The notes under the pieces were generated by a model that ran no database searches, was not told the origin of the DNA, and was given only the letters and a program-made list of their open reading frames with translations. This document shows, piece after piece, positions 17,860 through 20,000 of a DNA stretch of 20,000 nt. The DNA lies in IMG/VR virus record IMGVR_UViG_3300018019_000008; one strand, given 5' to 3'. Within the stretch, counting starts at the first letter, position 1, and the number at the start of each line of letters is the position of its first letter. The DNA comes from an uncultured virus (IMG/VR IMGVR_UViG_3300018019_000008). Its lineage: Duplodnaviria > Heunggongvirae > Uroviricota > Caudoviricetes. The translations under genes were made by a program, and so were the position numbers.

Positions 17860-18035
17860 GAAGTGGTCTAACATGATGGCAACATCAATAGTCTATAATA
17901 TTCGTTTTAAGCGGTGTATCGGAGAAGACGCACCAGCGGACCACATAGGTAAATTTAGAACGACCCAACAGTAATCCAAAAAAGCCTAAACCGTTGCCAT
18001 CGAAATAAGGTTTGATTTGCTGGTTGGTCTTTTGT
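17860..18035 (+). ncRNA. Candidate pseudoknotted structured RNA leading the tRNA cluster
   Basis: Follows the promoter at 17816-17832. Pairings: GTGGTC(17863)/GACCAC(17939) and GATGGCAAC(17875)/GTTGCCATC(17993), plus a long stem at about 17962-18029. Confidence 0.5.
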
Positions 18036-18096
18036 CGCATTGGGGTTTTGGGGTAACAACGAACAAAGCGTATTTCCCTGAAACAGACATCTTTGA

Positions 18097-18218
18097 AGTG
18101 TGGTATCTCTAACGGAAGGAAGCAAGTCCTTGAACAACCAAGTTCGGGAGCTTACGCCTCTGAACAATTCGTTGGGGGATAGCTTGCGGCGTGGGTTCGA
18201 CTCCCACCCACACAACCA
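18097..18218 (+). tRNA. tRNA-Gln(UUG) with a 47-nt BHB intron at 37/38 (intron 18134..18180)
   Basis: CAAGT-CCTT-GA|A-CAAC...GTTG-GGGG-AT|A-GCTTG forms a strict BHB. T-arm GTGGG-TTCGACT-CCCAC; encoded CCA. Atypical A1.A72 and C33. Confidence 0.85.
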
Positions 18219-18270
18219 CTAACTCTTCTAATAGACTTGTAGCTTAATGGATAGAGCCTTATGCTTCTAA

Positions 18271-18287
18271 CCGATAAGTTTAAATAC
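18271..18287 (+). promoter_or_regulatory. BRE+TATA promoter at the 5' end of the tRNA-Arg intron
   Basis: CCGATAAGTTTAAATAC, starting at intron nt 2. Confidence 0.7.
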
Positions 18288-18320
18288 TTGTTGTACCATT
18301 ATATACTATGGTGATAAAGC

Positions 18321-18782
18321 ATACCAATACTCGACAAAGACAAGAAACAAGAATATGATAGAAATTGGGCATATAATAAACGTCATGGATTACCAACAAG
18401 AACAACAATAAAGTTACCAGAAAATGTTCGAATTGAACGTCAAAAGTTAACAAAGAAAAAATATAAAGAAAACCGCATTAACTTACGAAAACAACAATTA
18501 ACAAAAAAATTCGGAGAACGATGCCCAATTTGCAATGACAATTATTGTCTTCAAATTCATAAAAAAGATGGAAGCCCTCATATATCATGGCAATCAATGA
18601 ATAATGCAGAATTTTCATTGTTACTTTCATCAGATGATTATGTTCAACTTTGTTTCAATTGTCATAAAGCAGTACATTGGTGTATGTATTATCTTGGTAT
18701 GTCATGGGAACAAATAAAAAAACTTGTAATTCTTCCAGTTATTGCAACTGCAATAGAAATGAAGAATAAGTACCATGCGTAG
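18321..18782 (+). CDS. Intron-encoded HNH-like endonuclease (153 aa, probable ATA start)
   Basis: The frame is open from ATA 18321 (preceded by GGTGA and an in-frame TAA): (M)PILDKDKKQEYDRNW...FGERCPICNDNYCLQIHKKDG...YVQLCFNCHKAVH. The track shows only the C-terminal 61 aa. Confidence 0.7.
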   Translation: MPILDKDKKQEYDRNWAYNKRHGLPTRTTIKLPENVRIERQKLTKKKYKENRINLRKQQLTKKFGERCPICNDNYCLQIHKKDGSPHISWQSMNNAEFSLLLSSDDYVQLCFNCHKAVHWCMYYLGMSWEQIKKLVILPVIATAIEMKNKYHA

Positions 18783-18891
18783 TCAGGAAGTAACATAAGA
18801 GATGAGGGTCCGAGTCCTTCCGCCTGTGCCATAGTTAACCTCAATCGTGTTAATCATTTATATATGATTGACCTTGATTAACGTCAACTGT

Positions 18892-18917
18892 GCCGATGTA
18901 GCTTATGTGGTAGAGTA
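18892..18917 (+). tRNA. 5' part (nt 1-26) of an interrupted tRNA-Thr-like gene
   Basis: GCCGATG-TA-GCTT-ATGTGGTA-GAGT-A; TATA box (TTTATATA) about 27 nt upstream. Confidence 0.65.
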
Positions 18918-18918
18918 A

Positions 18919-18935
18919 CCGAAAGACTTAAATAG
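18919..18935 (+). promoter_or_regulatory. BRE+TATA promoter at the 5' end of the tRNA-Thr insertion
   Basis: CCGAAAGACTTAAATAG. Confidence 0.7.
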
Positions 18936-18967
18936 TAGTTTACAATATTATATTACGGTGATAAACT

Positions 18968-19393
18968 ATGGATGAATTTAATAAAGACCAATTACGATAT
19001 AAAGACCCAGAGAAACGAAAACAATATCAAAAAGATTACGCTAAAAACAATAAAAAGAACTACTATAAATTACATCCTGAATATAAAAAAATAGCGGCAG
19101 ATAAGAAAAAAGCGTTGTTAAGAAAAAAGAAACGCAAAATTGTAGAATTGCTCGGTGGTAGATGCTCAAATCCTAACTGTGCTTGTCCAGATGGATATTC
19201 AAGATGTATAGCGGCATTAGAACTTCATCATCCAGACGAAACAACTAAAAATGAAAACTTCAATAACTATCTTGCTATGTCTATGGAAAGAATAATAAAA
19301 GAAGTATTGCCTATAGTAGTATTGTTTTGCTCAAATTGCCATCAAGAACATCATAATCCAGAACTATGCCGCTTTAGCATAACAGAAATGTAA
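18968..19393 (+). CDS. HNH-like endonuclease inserted in the tRNA-Thr-like gene
   Basis: LLGGRCSNPNC...ALELHHPD...LFCSNCHQEHH; own promoter at 18919-18935 and GGTGA RBS. Confidence 0.8.
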   Translation: MDEFNKDQLRYKDPEKRKQYQKDYAKNNKKNYYKLHPEYKKIAADKKKALLRKKKRKIVELLGGRCSNPNCACPDGYSRCIAALELHHPDETTKNENFNNYLAMSMERIIKEVLPIVVLFCSNCHQEHHNPELCRFSITEM

Positions 19394-19438
19394 GGGTTCT
19401 GTAAACCTTTGATGGGTGTGCAACTCACCCAAGCGGCT
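19393..19438 (+). tRNA. 3' part A of the tRNA-Thr(UGU)-like gene
   Basis: AGGGT-TC-TGT-AA-ACCTT, TGAT, GGGTG-TGCAACT-CACCC, AAGCGGC-T. Begins within the HNH stop codon; no CCA. Confidence 0.65.
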
Positions 19439-19500
19439 CTTTAAACCGCAAACTTTATTAACAACCAACGAGATAGTAATAAAACAAGAAGTGAAAAACT

Positions 19501-19581
19501 ATGAACTGTTCAGATTGTAAAGAACTATATAAAGAACGAAAACAAGAACCACCGTGTAAGAGTTGTCCTATAAATGGATAA
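19501..19581 (+). CDS. Micro Zn-finger peptide (26 aa)
   Basis: MNCSDCKELYKERKQEPPCKSCPING*; follows the promoter-like element at 19446-19462 and overlaps the next start. Confidence 0.5.
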   Translation: MNCSDCKELYKERKQEPPCKSCPING

Positions 19582-19948
19582 TGAGTGGGGAGTTGGAATG
19601 CCTGAAAGTTTATACCTTGACGAATTTGCTCGTCAACTGTACTATGTCTTTCAAGCAACACCATATATGGTTGGTTCATCAGTTCATAAGAAAAAATGGC
19701 GAGATGTTGACATAAGAATACTCCTAACAAAAAAGGAATGGGATAAATTTGGATTTGGTAAAGTTGGAGAAGAACATCAAAACGGAAAGTGGTGTGCATA
19801 TTGTATGGCATTTAGCGAATTAGGTAGAAAAATAACGGGATTACCAATAGATTTTCAGATACAAGAGTTGGATGATGCTAACAAGAAATATCAAGGACAA
19901 AGAAATGCTTTAATTTTTAAACTATCATCTGATTGCATTAATAAATAA
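19574..19948 (+). CDS. Minimal nucleotidyltransferase (pol beta superfamily)
   Basis: YMVGSS...RDVDIRILL (hG[GS]...DhD) with a third carboxylate in LPIDFQIQ. Confidence 0.75.
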   Translation: MDNEWGVGMPESLYLDEFARQLYYVFQATPYMVGSSVHKKKWRDVDIRILLTKKEWDKFGFGKVGEEHQNGKWCAYCMAFSELGRKITGLPIDFQIQELDDANKKYQGQRNALIFKLSSDCINK

Positions 19949-19999
19949 CGGGTTTTGTAAACCTGTGAAGAGAGGTTCAAACACTCTCCTTCGGCTCCA
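19948..19999 (+). tRNA. 3' part B of the tRNA-Thr(UGU)-like gene
   Basis: (A)CGGGT-TT-TGT-AA-ACCTG(T), GAGAG-GTTCAAACA-CTCTC, CTTCGGC-T-CCA. Begins at the nucleotidyltransferase stop codon and has no 5' half of its own. Confidence 0.65.
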
Positions 20000-20000
20000 A

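Larger units (their letters stand above)
18233..18831 (+). tRNA. tRNA-Arg(UCU)-like gene with a 523-nt ORF-containing BHB intron (exons 18233..18269 and 18793..18831)
   Basis: D-arm GCTT/GAGC; anticodon arm TTATG-CT-TCT-A|A-CATAA after joining. BHB central helix CTTC/GAAG with two TAA bulges. T-arm GAGGG/CCTTC, then G-CCA. The acceptor stem has 3 mismatches. Confidence 0.8.

Noticed and set aside
17860..18218. tmRNA, suggested by a structured region ending in T-arm plus CCA
   Set aside because: The 3' end is fully explained by the intron-containing tRNA-Gln starting at 18097.
18270..18792. Group I self-splicing intron in tRNA-Arg
   Set aside because: The ORF and promoter fill almost the whole insert, leaving no room for a catalytic core. 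The 3' end is not a terminal G and the junctions fit a BHB.
18910..19400. BHB intron at position 26/27 of tRNA-Thr
   Set aside because: No 4-bp central helix forms in any register across the GTAA repeat, so EndA splicing is not supported.
19391..19410. tRNA-Tyr(GUA) reading of CT-GTA-AA
   Set aside because: The anticodon stem does not pair in that register. The TC-TGT-AA (Thr) register gives 5 bp and matches the GCCG acceptor and part B.
6748..19811. Antisense or overlapping track ORFs (6748, 7750, 7979, 8400, 10050, 11075, 12757, 13929, 15984, 16769, 16890, 17288, 17955, 19458)
   Set aside because: They overlap better-supported genes or RNAs on the other strand or frame and lack motifs, RBS or promoters.

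Overview
AT-rich segment that looks like a tailed archaeal virus or provirus (Caudoviricetes-like). The archaeal host is inferred from bulge-helix-bulge (BHB) tRNA introns, BRE/TATA promoters and GGTGA ribosome-binding sites. The left half, mostly on the minus strand, carries scattered morphogenesis genes: terminase large subunit, tail assembly chaperone with a -1 slippery site, HK97-gp10-like protein and a short tape-measure-like protein. It also holds a >2250-aa tail-tip/hub protein that runs off the window edge and is missing from the ORF track. A solo tail-tube-like gene lies on the opposite strand. Accessory genes include a Cas4-like nuclease, a dimeric dUTPase, a minimal nucleotidyltransferase, six HNH-like nucleases and several small Zn-finger proteins. 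The most unusual part is the RNA content. There is a tRNA-Gln with a perfect BHB intron, and a tRNA-Arg(UCU) whose 523-nt BHB-bounded intron carries its own promoter and an HNH ORF. A tRNA-Thr 5' part is followed by two alternative 3' parts separated by gene cassettes. There are also two promoter-driven structured non-coding regions, one containing an anticodon-less tRNA mimic, and a 16-bp palindromic operator in three copies. All calls come from manual reading; no database searches or folding programs were run.
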